From an uncultured bacterium (GTDB lineage Bacteria; Fidelibacterota; Marinisomatia; Marinisomatales; TCS55): a stretch of 64,000 bases of DNA. Numbering within the stretch: the stretch's first letter is position 1; each line of letters starts with the position of its first letter. Below, piece after piece: positions 36,092 to 46,863 of the stretch. The position numbers were made by a program, and so were the translations under genes. Under the pieces are notes generated by a model. It was not told the origin of the DNA and did no database searches. It saw only the letters and a program-made list of their open reading frames with translations. The stretch lies in the NCBI GenBank assembly GCA_964343505.1, contig CAYFJU010000005.1, positions 1,669-65,668 on the forward strand, given 5' to 3'.

Positions 36092-38350
36092 ATGTTTAAA
36101 AAATTAATCTTCAGTTTGCTTGTCATGAATTCTTTCGGGTTCGGGGGATTCGAAGGAAAAAATATTTCAATCATTCCCAAACCCCACCATTTAAAGGTGA
36201 AATCAGGATACTTCAAGTTAAATGCAAAAACAAAGATCATTGTCCCAAACCAACAAGAAGTTGAGGAATTGGGAAACTTACTGGCGGATTATCTTTCACC
36301 GGCAACCGGATTTGATTTTCCCATAGACAATCAGTGTAAAGGTGAAAATAAAAATGCGATTCGTTTGGCAATCGTTTCATATCCCGACACTTTGGGACGT
36401 GAAGGCTATATTCTGAATGTAACAAAATCCGCAATCGTCTTAAAGGCCAATCAGTCAACAGGGCTTTTCAGGGGGATTCAAACCATTCGCCAATTGCTCC
36501 CGGCGGAAATAGAAAACCCAACTTCGGATAATAAAAAGTGGCGTATTCCTTCTCTTGAGATTGTGGATAAACCCCGATTCCCATGGCGGGGAATGCTTTT
36601 GGATTGCGGCCGCCATTTCATGGAAAAAGATTTTATCAAGCGCTACATTGATTTATTGGCCTATCACAAAATGAACACACTCCATTGGCATTTAACCGAA
36701 GATCAGGGATGGCGGATTGAAATAAAAAAATATCCAAAATTGACTGAAATTGGCGCTTGGCGTACCCAGCCTGATGGGTCCACTTATGGTGGATTTTATA
36801 CTCAGGAAGACATAAAAGAAATTATTGCCTATGCCCAATCCCGACACATAAACGTGATCCCTGAAATTGAACTACCCGGACACTCTGGCGCCGCTTTGGC
36901 ATCCTATCCCGAATATTCCTGTATAGGTGGTCCCTTTGAAGTTGCATCCATTTGGGGCGTTCATAAGGATGTCTATTGTGCCGGGAATGACGACACCTTT
37001 TCATTTTTAGAAGATATCCTCACAGAGGTCATTGACCTTTTTCCCGGGAAGTATATTCATATTGGGGGCGATGAATGCCCCAAAGACCGCTGGAAAGAAT
37101 GTGAAAAATGTCAGCTCCGGGTTAAGAATGAAGGCCTGACCGATGAGCATGAACTGCAGAGTTATTTCATCAAACGGGTTGAAAAATTTTTGAATTCCAA
37201 AGGACGGCAGATCATCGGATGGGATGAAATTCTGGAAGGCGGTTTAGCACCGGGCGCCACGGTCCAATCCTGGCGGGGAATGGACGGGGGCATTGCAGCC
37301 GCAAAACAAGGACACGATGTCATTATGTCTCCCACATCCCATGCCTATTTTGATTATGATGTGTCTACCACAGATTTGCGCCAGGTGTATACATTTGATC
37401 CGGTCCCGAAAGAATTGACAGCAGAAGAATCCAAACATGTATTGGGTGGTGAATGCAATATGTGGACGGAGCGGGCACCCCAGGAATTGGTTGACAGTAA
37501 AATGTTTCCACGTATCCTGGCCATGACAGAGGTGTTATGGTCCGACCCTATAGGGAGGGATTATAAAGAATTCTATGATCGTGTCGAAATCCATTTTGAA
37601 CGATTGGACCACTTAGGCGTAACCTATGGACCCGTTTCTCGCCCCATTTTTATCCGCCCGTCTTTCGATGCTGAAACCAAACAGATTTCTGTCAAAATTG
37701 AAGCAGGAGAACGTGGGTTGAGTATCCGTTATACAACCGATGGAAGCAAGCCAAGCCTTCGTTCTAAAAAGTATAAGAAAGGTTTAATGGTCAATAAAAC
37801 AACGACCATTAAGGCGGCCGCATTTCGAAATGGTGGGCAATATGGAACCACTGCAACCCAGAAAATTGATCATCATTTGGCTGTGGGTCATCCCATTTCC
37901 GTAAAAGATAGATATGCTTCGAAATACTCGGGCGGAGGTGATTATGGAATGGTAGATGGCATCCGTGGATCAAACAATTTTAGAGACGGTTCTTGGCAGG
38001 GGTATGAATATTCTGACCTTAATGCCGTGATTGATTTGGGCAATGAAAAGGAATTAAATGCTATTGAAGCACGATTTCTGCAGAATAATAATTCCTGGAT
38101 TTTCATGCCCGTGGCTGTGGAGTTTGCCCTTTCAATGGACGGGCAATTCTTTGAAACAATCCATATTGCGAAAAATGATGTTTCGCCCAAAACGACTGAA
38201 GCGATTTTAAAAGATTTCAAAACAGAAATGAATGGTCGTAAAGCCCGATTTGTTCGGGTCCATGCAAAGAATCGGGGGACCTGTCCTGACTGGCATCCCG
38301 GGGCCGGGGGTAAATCCTGGATATTTTTGGATGAAATTGTAATTAAGTAA
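36092..38350 (+). CDS. GH20 beta-N-acetylhexosaminidase with CHB_HEX_C-like and discoidin-like C-terminal modules
   Basis: 752-aa ORF with RGMLLDCGRHF, HWHLTEDQGWRIEIKKYP and HIGGDECPK. Then IRYTTDGSKPS and a C-terminus ...CPDWHPGAGGKSWIFLDEIVIK. Confidence 0.9.
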   Translation: MFKKLIFSLLVMNSFGFGGFEGKNISIIPKPHHLKVKSGYFKLNAKTKIIVPNQQEVEELGNLLADYLSPATGFDFPIDNQCKGENKNAIRLAIVSYPDTLGREGYILNVTKSAIVLKANQSTGLFRGIQTIRQLLPAEIENPTSDNKKWRIPSLEIVDKPRFPWRGMLLDCGRHFMEKDFIKRYIDLLAYHKMNTLHWHLTEDQGWRIEIKKYPKLTEIGAWRTQPDGSTYGGFYTQEDIKEIIAYAQSRHINVIPEIELPGHSGAALASYPEYSCIGGPFEVASIWGVHKDVYCAGNDDTFSFLEDILTEVIDLFPGKYIHIGGDECPKDRWKECEKCQLRVKNEGLTDEHELQSYFIKRVEKFLNSKGRQIIGWDEILEGGLAPGATVQSWRGMDGGIAAAKQGHDVIMSPTSHAYFDYDVSTTDLRQVYTFDPVPKELTAEESKHVLGGECNMWTERAPQELVDSKMFPRILAMTEVLWSDPIGRDYKEFYDRVEIHFERLDHLGVTYGPVSRPIFIRPSFDAETKQISVKIEAGERGLSIRYTTDGSKPSLRSKKYKKGLMVNKTTTIKAAAFRNGGQYGTTATQKIDHHLAVGHPISVKDRYASKYSGGGDYGMVDGIRGSNNFRDGSWQGYEYSDLNAVIDLGNEKELNAIEARFLQNNNSWIFMPVAVEFALSMDGQFFETIHIAKNDVSPKTTEAILKDFKTEMNGRKARFVRVHAKNRGTCPDWHPGAGGKSWIFLDEIVIK

Positions 38351-38357
38351 AAACGAA

Positions 38358-39677
38358 ATGAAAGCATACTCAGCACAAAAACCCAAAGTGATCTCAAGCC
38401 AATTTTTAATTCCCTTCATTCTGGTGGGTTTATTGTTCCCCTTGTGGGGCTTCGCCAACGACATTACCAATCCCATGGTGGCGGCATTTAAAAATATTCT
38501 GTTAATCAGTAATTTTGAAAGCGCCCTGGTGCAGTTTGCCTTTTACGGCGGCTATTGTTTTATGGCCATCCCTGCGGCCATTTTCATCAAACGGTTTAAT
38601 TATAAACAGGCCATTCTTATGGGCTTGGCCCTCTATTCCATTGGATGTATCCTGTTTATTCCATCGGGGAAAATGATGGCTTTTGAAGCATTTCTATTTT
38701 CCTATTTCGTCATGACTTGCGGCCTTTCCTTTTTAGAAACCAGCGCCAATCCCTATATCCTCTCTTTGGGGGAAGAAGCAACGGCCACCCAACGGTTAAA
38801 CTTTGCCCAAGCTTTCAATCCATTGGGATCGCTGATGGGCATGTTTGTAGCCCGGGAGTTTATTCTGGCCAAATTGAACCCGGCCAGCGAAGCGGTGCGG
38901 CGGGATATTTCTCTGAGCGATCCCGGAACTTTTACCCAAATTCAACAGAATGACTTGGATGTTATTATCGGTCCCTACTTGATGTTGGGCATGGTGGTGC
39001 TGGTGGTGTTGGCCATATTTTTTATTTCCAAGCTCCCCGGTTCATCCACCGGGAATGGAAGTAAACTGGATTTAAAACCGACTCTGAAACGATTGTTTAC
39101 CAATAAACGATACCTTGAAGGGGTGGGTGCCCAGGCCTTTTATGTAGGCGCCCAGATTATGTGTTGGACCTTTATCATCCATTACGGCGTGAATGAATTG
39201 GGCTTAACCGAGGCGGAAGCCCAATCCTATAACATGATCGCTATGATCATTTTTGTCAGCAACCGTTTCGTATGTACCTATCTTTTGAAATTCTTTAACT
39301 CAGGCCAATTGCTTATGATACTCTCCTTTGGGGGAGGTCTATTTACCCTGGGTGCTATATTTATTTCAGGGATGGCGGGGTTATATTCTCTGATTGCGAT
39401 TTCCGCTTGTATGTCCCTCATGTTTCCTACCATTTACGGGATCGCCTTGAAAGGGTTGGGCGAGGATGCAAAATTGGGATCAGCAGGATTAATCATGGCG
39501 ATTGGGGGCGGATCTCTCATGCCGCCATTACAAGGGGCCATCATGGATATGTCATCACTAACCATTGGTGATTTTGTCCTTTCAAGCACCAGAGCCAGTT
39601 TCGGATTACCATTTTTGTGCTTCATTATTATCGGTCTTTATGGGTGGAACTCAATGCGAATTCGCTTGAATCATTAA
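38358..39677 (+). CDS. fucP: L-fucose:H+ symporter (MFS)
   Basis: 439-aa, 12-TM ORF with the FucP-like N-terminus LFPLWGFANDITNPMVAAFK. Lies next to fucU and the fucose pathway genes. Confidence 0.8.
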   Translation: MKAYSAQKPKVISSQFLIPFILVGLLFPLWGFANDITNPMVAAFKNILLISNFESALVQFAFYGGYCFMAIPAAIFIKRFNYKQAILMGLALYSIGCILFIPSGKMMAFEAFLFSYFVMTCGLSFLETSANPYILSLGEEATATQRLNFAQAFNPLGSLMGMFVAREFILAKLNPASEAVRRDISLSDPGTFTQIQQNDLDVIIGPYLMLGMVVLVVLAIFFISKLPGSSTGNGSKLDLKPTLKRLFTNKRYLEGVGAQAFYVGAQIMCWTFIIHYGVNELGLTEAEAQSYNMIAMIIFVSNRFVCTYLLKFFNSGQLLMILSFGGGLFTLGAIFISGMAGLYSLIAISACMSLMFPTIYGIALKGLGEDAKLGSAGLIMAIGGGSLMPPLQGAIMDMSSLTIGDFVLSSTRASFGLPFLCFIIIGLYGWNSMRIRLNH

Positions 39678-39689
39678 GAAGGGGAAACC

Positions 39690-40121
39690 ATGTTAAAAGG
39701 AATTTCACCCGTCGTTTCACCGGCCCTGCTTTACACCCTCCACGTTATGGGCCACGGGGATGAAATTGTTTTGGCTGACGCCCATTTTCCAAATGAATCA
39801 TTGAATGATAATGTGATTCGTGCCGATGGTGTGAGGATAAAGGACTTGTTGTTTGGGATTCTACCTTTATTCGAAATTGATTCATATATGGATGATGCCA
39901 TTGTCATGATGGGACCCGTCCCGGGAGACACCCTTGATCTAAATGTGGAAAAAGAATATATGGTTCCCATAAATGAATTTGCCCCTGATGCACCACCCAT
40001 TACACGGATTGAACGATTTTCCTTTTACGAACGGGCGAAAAATGCCTATGCAATTTTGATGACTGGTGAACTTGCGAAGTATGGGAATATTATTTTGAAA
40101 AAAGGGGTGACACCGGTTTAA
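39690..40121 (+). CDS. fucU: L-fucose mutarotase (RbsD/FucU family)
   Basis: 143-aa [37 protein letters not shown] closely parallels E. coli FucU. Confidence 0.9.
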   Translation: MLKGISPVVSPALLYTLHVMGHGDEIVLADAHFPNESLNDNVIRADGVRIKDLLFGILPLFEIDSYMDDAIVMMGPVPGDTLDLNVEKEYMVPINEFAPDAPPITRIERFSFYERAKNAYAILMTGELAKYGNIILKKGVTPV

Positions 40122-40123
40122 TT

Positions 40124-41449
40124 ATGAGCCACGTGAAGAATGTAACCGTAAAGGACATTCGGGTTCCGACCTCTGATGAGTTGTTGGGTTCCGACCCCTT
40201 CCATAAAAAACCTGATTATTCCTGTGTCTTGACCACAATAGAATCAAGTTCCGGGAAAAAGGGTTTGTCCGTCGTATTTACCTGTGGGGCTGGGAATGAT
40301 TGGTTGGCCTATGGAATTAATGAACTGATTCCATTGGTTCAAAATTATACCATTGATGACTTTATAAAGAATCCGGGGGAGCTTTATCAAACCATATTAA
40401 ACCATCATCAGTTAAGATGGTTGGGAGATGGTGTTTTTCGAATGGCTATGGGGGGTCTTATCAATGCCATGTGGGATCTATGGGCAAAAGAAGTTGAAAA
40501 ACCTATGTGGAAATTGCTGGTTGATCTTGAGCCTGAAACGGTGATTGATTGCATTGATTGGCGACATTTAGAAGACAGTCTAACCCAACAGGAAGCACTG
40601 GACATTTTATCAAAAGGGGAGCGCCAAAAAACTGAATTAGAAGCAAAACTCCGGAAAAAAGGATTAAAAGCCTACTGCACTGCCGGCTGGTTGGGACTTT
40701 CGAATGAACAAATTCTTGAAAAGATCAATGAATTACAATCCAATGGATTCGATGCCTTCAAGTTAAAAGTGGGACAGGATTTAGAATTTGATAAATCCAG
40801 AATTCAATTCATACGAAATGCTATAGGGACGAATTCAAAATTAATGTTGGATGCTAACCAGTTTTGGGGTGTGGATGAAGCAATCAATTACATGAAAGCG
40901 TTGGCAGATTTTAATATCACATGGATCGAAGAACCCACTGCCCGGGACGATTTTTTGGGATTCCAAAAAATTTCTGAGGCCCTCAATCCATTGGGGTTAA
41001 AAGTTGCTGCCGGTGAGCAAATTCAGTCCCCTGTAATTTTTAAACAAATGCTCAGCAGCGGCGCAATACAGTTTGCACAAATTGATGCCTCTCGAATGGG
41101 ATGCATTAATGATGTTATGGGTATTATTCTTTTGGCGGCGAAATATGAAGTACCCGTTTGTCCCCATGGTGGGGGGATCGGTCTTTGCAATATGATACGT
41201 CATTTAGCTGCTTGGGATCAGATATCAGTGGCTGGCCATTCCAAAACCCAGATGGTTGAATATATTGATTTCCTGCAAGAGGGTGTTTTTGAAACTCCGA
41301 TAGAAGTGAAAAATGGCGCTTATGTTATGCCATCGAATCCTGGTTGGGGATTGGAAATGGAACAGGATTTCATTTCAAAATATATTTTTCCCGATGGACC
41401 GGTTTGGCGCGACAGGGAAGGGCCCAGTGGTGTTACATTTCTGGCTTGA
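40124..41449 (+). CDS. fucD: L-fuconate dehydratase (enolase superfamily)
   Basis: 441-aa ORF with FKLKVG, MLDANQFW, IEEPT and HGGGIG motifs. Its size and N-terminus are typical of FucD-type dehydratases. Confidence 0.8.
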   Translation: MSHVKNVTVKDIRVPTSDELLGSDPFHKKPDYSCVLTTIESSSGKKGLSVVFTCGAGNDWLAYGINELIPLVQNYTIDDFIKNPGELYQTILNHHQLRWLGDGVFRMAMGGLINAMWDLWAKEVEKPMWKLLVDLEPETVIDCIDWRHLEDSLTQQEALDILSKGERQKTELEAKLRKKGLKAYCTAGWLGLSNEQILEKINELQSNGFDAFKLKVGQDLEFDKSRIQFIRNAIGTNSKLMLDANQFWGVDEAINYMKALADFNITWIEEPTARDDFLGFQKISEALNPLGLKVAAGEQIQSPVIFKQMLSSGAIQFAQIDASRMGCINDVMGIILLAAKYEVPVCPHGGGIGLCNMIRHLAAWDQISVAGHSKTQMVEYIDFLQEGVFETPIEVKNGAYVMPSNPGWGLEMEQDFISKYIFPDGPVWRDREGPSGVTFLA

Positions 41450-41470
41450 TCAAGGAAAAGGAGGAATGAC

Positions 41471-42238
41471 TTGAGTCAATTTAGTTTATCCGGAAAACAG
41501 GCAGTCATTACTGGCGGATCCAGTGGAATTGGAAATAGTATCGCCAAAAAATTCATCCAACAGGGTGCTTCCGTCCATATTTTGGATTTAGATGACAGCC
41601 AGTTAGCATTTGAAGAATTTGGGAAAGATAAAGTTACCGTTCATTCTTGTGACGTAAGTGATCAGTCAAATGTGAATGCTGTATTTGAATCAATTGGAGC
41701 GGATCAACCCATTGATATTTTGGTGAACAATGCAGGCATTGCCCATGTGGGCAATGTGGAGGCAACATCGGGAAATGACCTGGACAAAATCTATAGTGTG
41801 AATGTGAAAGGTGTTTATCATTGCCTCCATGCATGTATACCGATTATGAAATCGAACGGGGGCGGTGTCATTTTGAATTTGGCATCCATCGCAGCCACAG
41901 TTGGCCTTCCGGACCGCTTCGCATATTCAATGAGTAAAGGCGCTGTGGTGAGTATGACACTTTCAGTGGCCAAAGATTATTTATCGGATAATATCCGCTG
42001 TAACAGCATTTCCCCGGCCAGGGTACATACTCCCTTCGTGGATGGATTCATTGCTGAAAACTATCCCGGTCAGGAAAAGGAAATGTTTGAAAAATTATCC
42101 AAAACACAGCCCATTGGCAGGATGGGAAAACCGGAAGAAATCGCTGATTTGGCACTCTTTCTGTGTTCAGATGAAGCAGCATTTATTACCGGGGTGGATT
42201 ATCCAATAGACGGCGGTTTTAAAACATTAAATACGTGA
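41471..42238 (+). CDS. SDR oxidoreductase, probable 2-keto-3-deoxy-L-fuconate dehydrogenase
   Basis: 255-aa ORF. TTG start 7 nt after AAGGAGG. TGGSSGIG, NNAGI and a YSMSKGAV catalytic motif. The role is assigned by context only; the two SDRs could be swapped. Confidence 0.6.
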   Translation: MSQFSLSGKQAVITGGSSGIGNSIAKKFIQQGASVHILDLDDSQLAFEEFGKDKVTVHSCDVSDQSNVNAVFESIGADQPIDILVNNAGIAHVGNVEATSGNDLDKIYSVNVKGVYHCLHACIPIMKSNGGGVILNLASIAATVGLPDRFAYSMSKGAVVSMTLSVAKDYLSDNIRCNSISPARVHTPFVDGFIAENYPGQEKEMFEKLSKTQPIGRMGKPEEIADLALFLCSDEAAFITGVDYPIDGGFKTLNT

Positions 42239-42239
42239 A

Positions 42240-43103
42240 ATGAAATTAATTCGATTAGGTGAAACAGGGGCTGAAAAACCCGGTGTAATTCTTCCCGATG
42301 GCAGAATGGTTGATGTAAGTGGTTTTGGGCAGGACTATGATGAAGCATTCTTCGGAAAAGATGGGTTAGGCGCATTAAAATCCTGGATTAACGATAACAT
42401 ATCCTCTTTGCCAGAAGTTGCTCCTGGTACGAGGCTGGGGCCTCCGATTAAAAGGCCATCCAAAATTGTGTGCATCGGGCTCAACTATGCGAAACACGCG
42501 GCCGAAAGCGGCATGGAAATTCCGGAAGAGCCGGTGATCTTTTTTAAATCCACTTCCGCTATCGTTGGGCCGAATGATGACCTTATCATCCCGAAAAATG
42601 GTTCAAAAGTCGATTGGGAGGTGGAGTTGGGTGTCGTCATCGGGAAAAAAGCCAATTATGTAACTGAGGAAGAAGCAATGGATCATGTTGCCGGCTACCT
42701 CCTCCATAACGATTACAGTGAACGGGCATTTCAGTTGGAGAGGAGCGGCCAGTGGGTTAAAGGGAAAAGTTCGGATACATTCGCACCCATTGGACCCTTT
42801 TTGGCCACAAAGGATGAAATTGATGATCCTCACAATCTTGATTTGTGGCTAAAGGTGAATGGCGAAATGATGCAAGAAGGGAATACTTCCGACTTTATTT
42901 TTAATATTCCACAGTTAGTGAGTTATGTGAGTCAATTTATGAGTCTATTTCCAGGGGACATTATTTCAACTGGGACACCCAGGGGCGTCGGACTGGGTAT
43001 GGATCCACCAAAGTATCTTCAATCGGGTGACAGGGTTGAATTGGGCATTAGTGGTCTGGGGAAATCCTGCCAACTGGTTAAGTCATTTGAGGAAGCGAGC
43101 TGA
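42240..43103 (+). CDS. fumarylacetoacetate-hydrolase (FAH) family enzyme, probable 2,4-diketo-3-deoxy-L-fuconate hydrolase
   Basis: 287-aa ORF with FAH-fold motifs CIGLNYAKHAAE, DWEVELGVVIG and GDIISTGTPRGVG. Pathway context supports the role. Confidence 0.65.
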   Translation: MKLIRLGETGAEKPGVILPDGRMVDVSGFGQDYDEAFFGKDGLGALKSWINDNISSLPEVAPGTRLGPPIKRPSKIVCIGLNYAKHAAESGMEIPEEPVIFFKSTSAIVGPNDDLIIPKNGSKVDWEVELGVVIGKKANYVTEEEAMDHVAGYLLHNDYSERAFQLERSGQWVKGKSSDTFAPIGPFLATKDEIDDPHNLDLWLKVNGEMMQEGNTSDFIFNIPQLVSYVSQFMSLFPGDIISTGTPRGVGLGMDPPKYLQSGDRVELGISGLGKSCQLVKSFEEAS

Positions 43104-43105
43104 AA

Positions 43106-43936
43106 TTGAGAATTGATGCCCACCAGCATTTCTGGCATTATGACCCTGTTGAATATGAGTGGATTGATGAAAACATGGGTGTCTTGAAACAGGATTATCT
43201 TCCCCATCACTTGGGCCCTTTGCTGGAGGGCAAGGGCTTTGACGGTTGTGTAGCCGTTCAGGCGCGGCAAACGGAAGGGGAAACTGAATTCCTGTTGCAG
43301 TGTGCCGCCCAGATCAGTTTTATCAAAGGTGTGGTTGGATGGGTAAACCTCTGTGATCCGAATGTTGGGGACAGGTTACACCATTTTTCACAATTCAATA
43401 AATTTTGCGGGGTCCGCCATATCGTTCAAACAGAACCGGATGATGATTTTATGCTCCAAAAGGCATTTCAATTTGGAATCAGTAAGATGTCAGAATTTGA
43501 TTTGGCTTATGATATTTTAATATTTCAGAAACATTTAGGTCCCGCCTATGAACTGGCTAAAAAATTTCCGAATCAAAGGTTTGTGATTGATCACATTTCC
43601 AAACCCAATATCAAGGACGGAGATATCAAAAATTGGGAAGTTGGTATGACCCGATTGGCCGAATGTGAAAATGTATATTGTAAAGTGTCTGGGTTGGTCA
43701 CGGAAGCCTCCTGGGATGAATGGAAACCAGAAGATTTCACGCCTTATTTGGATGTTGTTATTTCCCGGTTTGGTATGGATCGAATCATGATCGGATCCGA
43801 TTGGCCCGTTTGTCTTTTAGGTGGTAATTATGACAAGGTGATTCGAATTGTTACCGATTATATTTCATCTTTTTCGAACGAAGAACAGGAAAAAGTGTTG
43901 GGTTTGAATGCGGCCAAATTTTACCAATTGAATTAA
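43106..43936 (+). CDS. amidohydrolase_2 family lactonase, probable L-fucono-1,5-lactonase
   Basis: 276-aa ORF with a TTG start. The N-terminus (M)RIDAHQHFWHYD is typical of this lactonase group. Also DHISKP and GSDWPV. Confidence 0.7.
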   Translation: MRIDAHQHFWHYDPVEYEWIDENMGVLKQDYLPHHLGPLLEGKGFDGCVAVQARQTEGETEFLLQCAAQISFIKGVVGWVNLCDPNVGDRLHHFSQFNKFCGVRHIVQTEPDDDFMLQKAFQFGISKMSEFDLAYDILIFQKHLGPAYELAKKFPNQRFVIDHISKPNIKDGDIKNWEVGMTRLAECENVYCKVSGLVTEASWDEWKPEDFTPYLDVVISRFGMDRIMIGSDWPVCLLGGNYDKVIRIVTDYISSFSNEEQEKVLGLNAAKFYQLN

Positions 43937-43947
43937 AGAGATTATCC

Positions 43948-44742
43948 ATGGACCTCAATTTAAAAGATAAGGTGGTCATCATTACCGGGGGCGCCAAGGG
44001 CATTGGTGAAGCAATCACACGTGGTGTTGCTGACGAAGGGGGCATTCCTGTTATCCTGGGCCGGTCGAAAGAGGCAGGAGATTCTTTACAAAAAGAATTG
44101 GCTGAAAACGGACATGATGTCATGCACTTGTGTTATGAACTGGATTCCGAAAAAAATTGTGCAGAAGCTGTTTCAGCGGTGCTGAACCACTATGGCCGAA
44201 TTGATGCTTTAGTGAACAACGCCGGATTAAATGATGGGGTGGGATTGGAAAAGGGAAACCCTGAAGCATTCCGCGGGTCGGTTAAGATGAACCTGTTCCA
44301 TTATTATTATATAGCCCATTTTTGTTTGCCGGCACTCAAGAATTCGGAAGGCAATATTGTCAATATCAGTTCCAAGACAGCCCTTACCGGGCAGGGCAAT
44401 ACATCCGGCTATGCGGCCGCGAAAGGCGCCCAATTGGCATTAACACGGGAATGGGCGGTGGAACTACTGAAATACAATATTCGCGTCAATACCATCATTC
44501 CGGCGGAAGTCATGACTCCTCTTTATCAAAAATGGCTGGATACATTCGATGACCCGGACGAAAAGCGCAGAAGTATCGAAAAGAACATCCCCCTGGGGAA
44601 CCGAATGACCACAACTGAGGAAATTGCAGATATGGTCCTTTTCCTCCTGTCTGAACGTGCATCCCATATCACCGGTCAATGGTTCACAATAGATGGAGGT
44701 TACACTCATTTGGATCGATCACTTTCAGTTTTAGGAGAATAG
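43948..44742 (+). CDS. SDR oxidoreductase, probable L-fucose dehydrogenase
   Basis: 264-aa ORF with TGGAKGIG, NNAGLND and YAAAKGA. Role assigned by context. Confidence 0.6.
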   Translation: MDLNLKDKVVIITGGAKGIGEAITRGVADEGGIPVILGRSKEAGDSLQKELAENGHDVMHLCYELDSEKNCAEAVSAVLNHYGRIDALVNNAGLNDGVGLEKGNPEAFRGSVKMNLFHYYYIAHFCLPALKNSEGNIVNISSKTALTGQGNTSGYAAAKGAQLALTREWAVELLKYNIRVNTIIPAEVMTPLYQKWLDTFDDPDEKRRSIEKNIPLGNRMTTTEEIADMVLFLLSERASHITGQWFTIDGGYTHLDRSLSVLGE

Positions 44743-44743
44743 A

Positions 44744-45490
44744 ATGAGAAGGGTTGCCCTTTTCGTTCCCTGCTATATTGATCAACTATATCCAAAAGTT
44801 GCCATATCGACTCTGGAATTATTAGAAAAAGCAGGTGTTGAAGTGGATTATCCCTTGGGCCAAACCTGTTGCGGGCAACCCTTGGGGAATACGGGCTACG
44901 AGTGTGAATTGAATGATGTGGCCAAACGGTTTATTGACTTATTCTCCGCTTATGATGCCCTAGTCTCTCCCTCAGGAAGCTGCGTTCATTTTGTAAAATC
45001 CCATTATAGTTTTATAGACCAAACGGAGATAGTGAAACATACCCGTGCAAATACTTATGAGTTATGTGATTTCCTTATAAATGTGTTAAATATTAAAGCG
45101 GTTGATGCATCTTTCCCCTACAAAGTCGGTATTCACCAAAGCTGTCATGGATTAAGGGGATTAAACGGTGGTACGCCTTCCGAGATCATGGCGGAACCCT
45201 ATTCGAATATCCGTGCCTTACTTGAAACGATAAAGGATATTTCACTCATCAACCCGGACCGCATGGATGAATGTTGTGGTTTTGGCGGTACGTTTTCCAT
45301 TGATGAATCCGCTGTTTCGATCAAAATGGGACAGGATCGTTTTGCAGACTTTGAGAAAAATGATGTAGAATATGTTACCAGCACAGATATGTCGTGCCTA
45401 ATGCACCTGGATGGCGTAATGGCAAAAGCGAAAAGCAAAATGCAGGTCATTCATGTGGCGGAAATTTTAAACCGATCTGTTTCAGCCTGA
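44744..45490 (+). CDS. lutA: L-lactate utilization protein A (CCG-domain Fe-S oxidoreductase)
   Basis: 248-aa ORF with VALFVPCYIDQLYP, TCCGQP and ECCGFGGTF CCG motifs. Confidence 0.85.
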   Translation: MRRVALFVPCYIDQLYPKVAISTLELLEKAGVEVDYPLGQTCCGQPLGNTGYECELNDVAKRFIDLFSAYDALVSPSGSCVHFVKSHYSFIDQTEIVKHTRANTYELCDFLINVLNIKAVDASFPYKVGIHQSCHGLRGLNGGTPSEIMAEPYSNIRALLETIKDISLINPDRMDECCGFGGTFSIDESAVSIKMGQDRFADFEKNDVEYVTSTDMSCLMHLDGVMAKAKSKMQVIHVAEILNRSVSA

Positions 45491-46863
45491 TGCAGCATTC
45501 AGTTTCCGCCGAAAAATTTATCCATGATTCGAACCGCGTGGATTGGCATGATAAAGCAGTCTGGTATGTCCGTGAAAAAAGGGATAAGGCCGCTCAAAAA
45601 ATCCCCGAATGGGAACAATTACGGGAATCTGCTTCTGCCATCAAAAGTGAAACAATTTCAAAGCTTGACGAATACCTGATTGAATTTGAAAAACGGGCTG
45701 AAGAAAATGGTATAAAAGTCCATTGGGCCAAAGATGCGAAAAGCCACAATCGAATCGTTCATCAAATCCTGACCAAAAATAAGGTAAGACAGGTCGTTAA
45801 AAGTAAATCCATGCTGACAGAAGAATGCGGATTAAACCCTTATTTGGAATCCCAGGGGATCGATGTTGTGGATACGGACCTGGGTGAAAGGGTAATCCAA
45901 TTAGCGAAGGAAGATCCAAGCCATATCGTCATGCCGGCCATCCATAAAAAGAAGGAAGAAATCGGTGATCTGTTTCATCAGCACCTGGGAACAGATGAAG
46001 GTGCGGATGATCCAAAATATTTAACGGAAGCGGCCCGTCATCATTTAAGAGCAAAGTTTTTGAAAGCAGATGCAGCCATCACGGGTGTGAATTTTGCTAT
46101 TGCAGAAACGGGTGGTTTTGTGGTTGTGACCAATGAAGGGAATGCAGATATGGGTGTAAACCTGACCCCTCTTCATATCGCAAGTATGGGTATTGAAAAA
46201 ATTATTCCCAAAGCAGAACACCTGGGGGTTTTTCTGCGGTTGTTGGCCCGGAGTGCCACTGGTCAGCCCATCACGACTTATACATCCCATTTCCATAAAC
46301 CGAGGACCGGTGCACAGCTCCATGTGGTTATTGTGGATAATGGCCGTTCTCGTCAGCTTGGGAAAGAAGATTTTCGCAGTTCACTCCATTGCATCCGCTG
46401 TGGGGCCTGTATGAATACCTGCCCGGTGTACCGTCGCAGTGGCGGCCATAGCTATGGGTATTCCGTGCCGGGTCCAATAGGTTCAATTCTATCCCCCAAT
46501 ATGGATCCTGAAAAACACGCCAGTCTTCCATTTGTATCAACCTTATGTGGCTCCTGCAGCGCCGTATGTCCTGTGAAAATTGACATTGATAAACAGCTAT
46601 ACAAATGGCGCCAAGTCATTACAGATCAAGGGATGAATCCCTATAAAAAGCGTCTTTCGGTTAAAATCGGAAAATCAGCCCTTAAAAACCCCTTATTATA
46701 TAGAGTGCTGGGAAAAGTAGTTCGTTTCGGTGGGCGGTTTCTTCCTACGCAAATTTCAAACGCAATGATGCGGCCATGGACAAGTGGACGGAAGCTCCCG
46801 GACTTTCCAAAGGAAAGTTTCCATGATTGGTATATGAACAAGGGGAAAGAAGACCATGACTGA
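45490..46863 (+). CDS. lutB: L-lactate utilization protein B (4Fe-4S, LUD domain)
   Basis: ATG 45490 shares its first base with the last base of the lutA TGA stop (45488-45490); the ORF is open from 45394. Ferredoxin motifs CIRCGACMNTCPV and CGSCSAVCPV. Confidence 0.85.
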   Translation: MQHSVSAEKFIHDSNRVDWHDKAVWYVREKRDKAAQKIPEWEQLRESASAIKSETISKLDEYLIEFEKRAEENGIKVHWAKDAKSHNRIVHQILTKNKVRQVVKSKSMLTEECGLNPYLESQGIDVVDTDLGERVIQLAKEDPSHIVMPAIHKKKEEIGDLFHQHLGTDEGADDPKYLTEAARHHLRAKFLKADAAITGVNFAIAETGGFVVVTNEGNADMGVNLTPLHIASMGIEKIIPKAEHLGVFLRLLARSATGQPITTYTSHFHKPRTGAQLHVVIVDNGRSRQLGKEDFRSSLHCIRCGACMNTCPVYRRSGGHSYGYSVPGPIGSILSPNMDPEKHASLPFVSTLCGSCSAVCPVKIDIDKQLYKWRQVITDQGMNPYKKRLSVKIGKSALKNPLLYRVLGKVVRFGGRFLPTQISNAMMRPWTSGRKLPDFPKESFHDWYMNKGKEDHD